Shown here: one piece after another, positions 63,874 to 64,000 of the stretch | Layout: each line of letters begins with the position of its first letter | Numbering within the stretch: position 1 is the first letter of the stretch | Assembly: GCA_964016885.1 (NCBI GenBank) | Contig: OZ024741.1 | Coordinates: forward strand, 13,764,001-13,828,000 | DNA length: 64,000 nt | Direction of reading: 5' to 3' | Source of the DNA: Eledone cirrhosa | Lineage: Eukaryota | Notes under the pieces: model-generated | What the model saw: only the letters and a program-made list of their open reading frames with translations | What the model was told of the DNA's origin: nothing | Database searches by the model: none | Made by a program: the position numbers and the translations under genes

Positions 63874-64000
63874 CTCTCTCTATATATATATATATTTATT
63901 TGTAGTGTACTTAATACGTAGCATTGTGAACTATGTGGTAGAAAATACGAAGGGCCAATGATGGTAGATGAAACACAATAAACTTTACTTAGTTTTGTTT

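Overview
Eukaryotic, repeat-dominated DNA. The SINE, RTE and microsatellite complement suggests an octopus-like cephalopod (inference). Bases 1-26360 hold a head-to-tail array of 8 minus-strand Tx1/L1-clade non-LTR retrotransposon copies (A-H; ORF1 with a CCHC knuckle, ORF2 = APE endonuclease + RT + C-terminal Cys/His motif), each separated by a (GATA)n tract, which points to (TATC)n target specificity. Most notable: in every copy the ORF1 stop sits inside a 5' splice-site consensus (AG|GTAAGT-like) and the ORF2 stop is an acceptor-like TAG|G, so ORF2 looks like one retainable intron; in copies B, C and E removing it would regenerate the exact ORF1 C-terminus. Next come a ~9 kb G-rich 31/32-bp satellite with a 503-bp higher-order repeat and then an intergenic/intronic mix: RTE and CRE LINE fragments, tRNA-derived SINEs, a (TACA)n-flanked bipartite element, a piggyBac-type MITE, two long palindromes (one carrying minimal hammerhead-ribozyme motifs), one plausible host exon and a 200-N gap. 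No complete host gene is visible.
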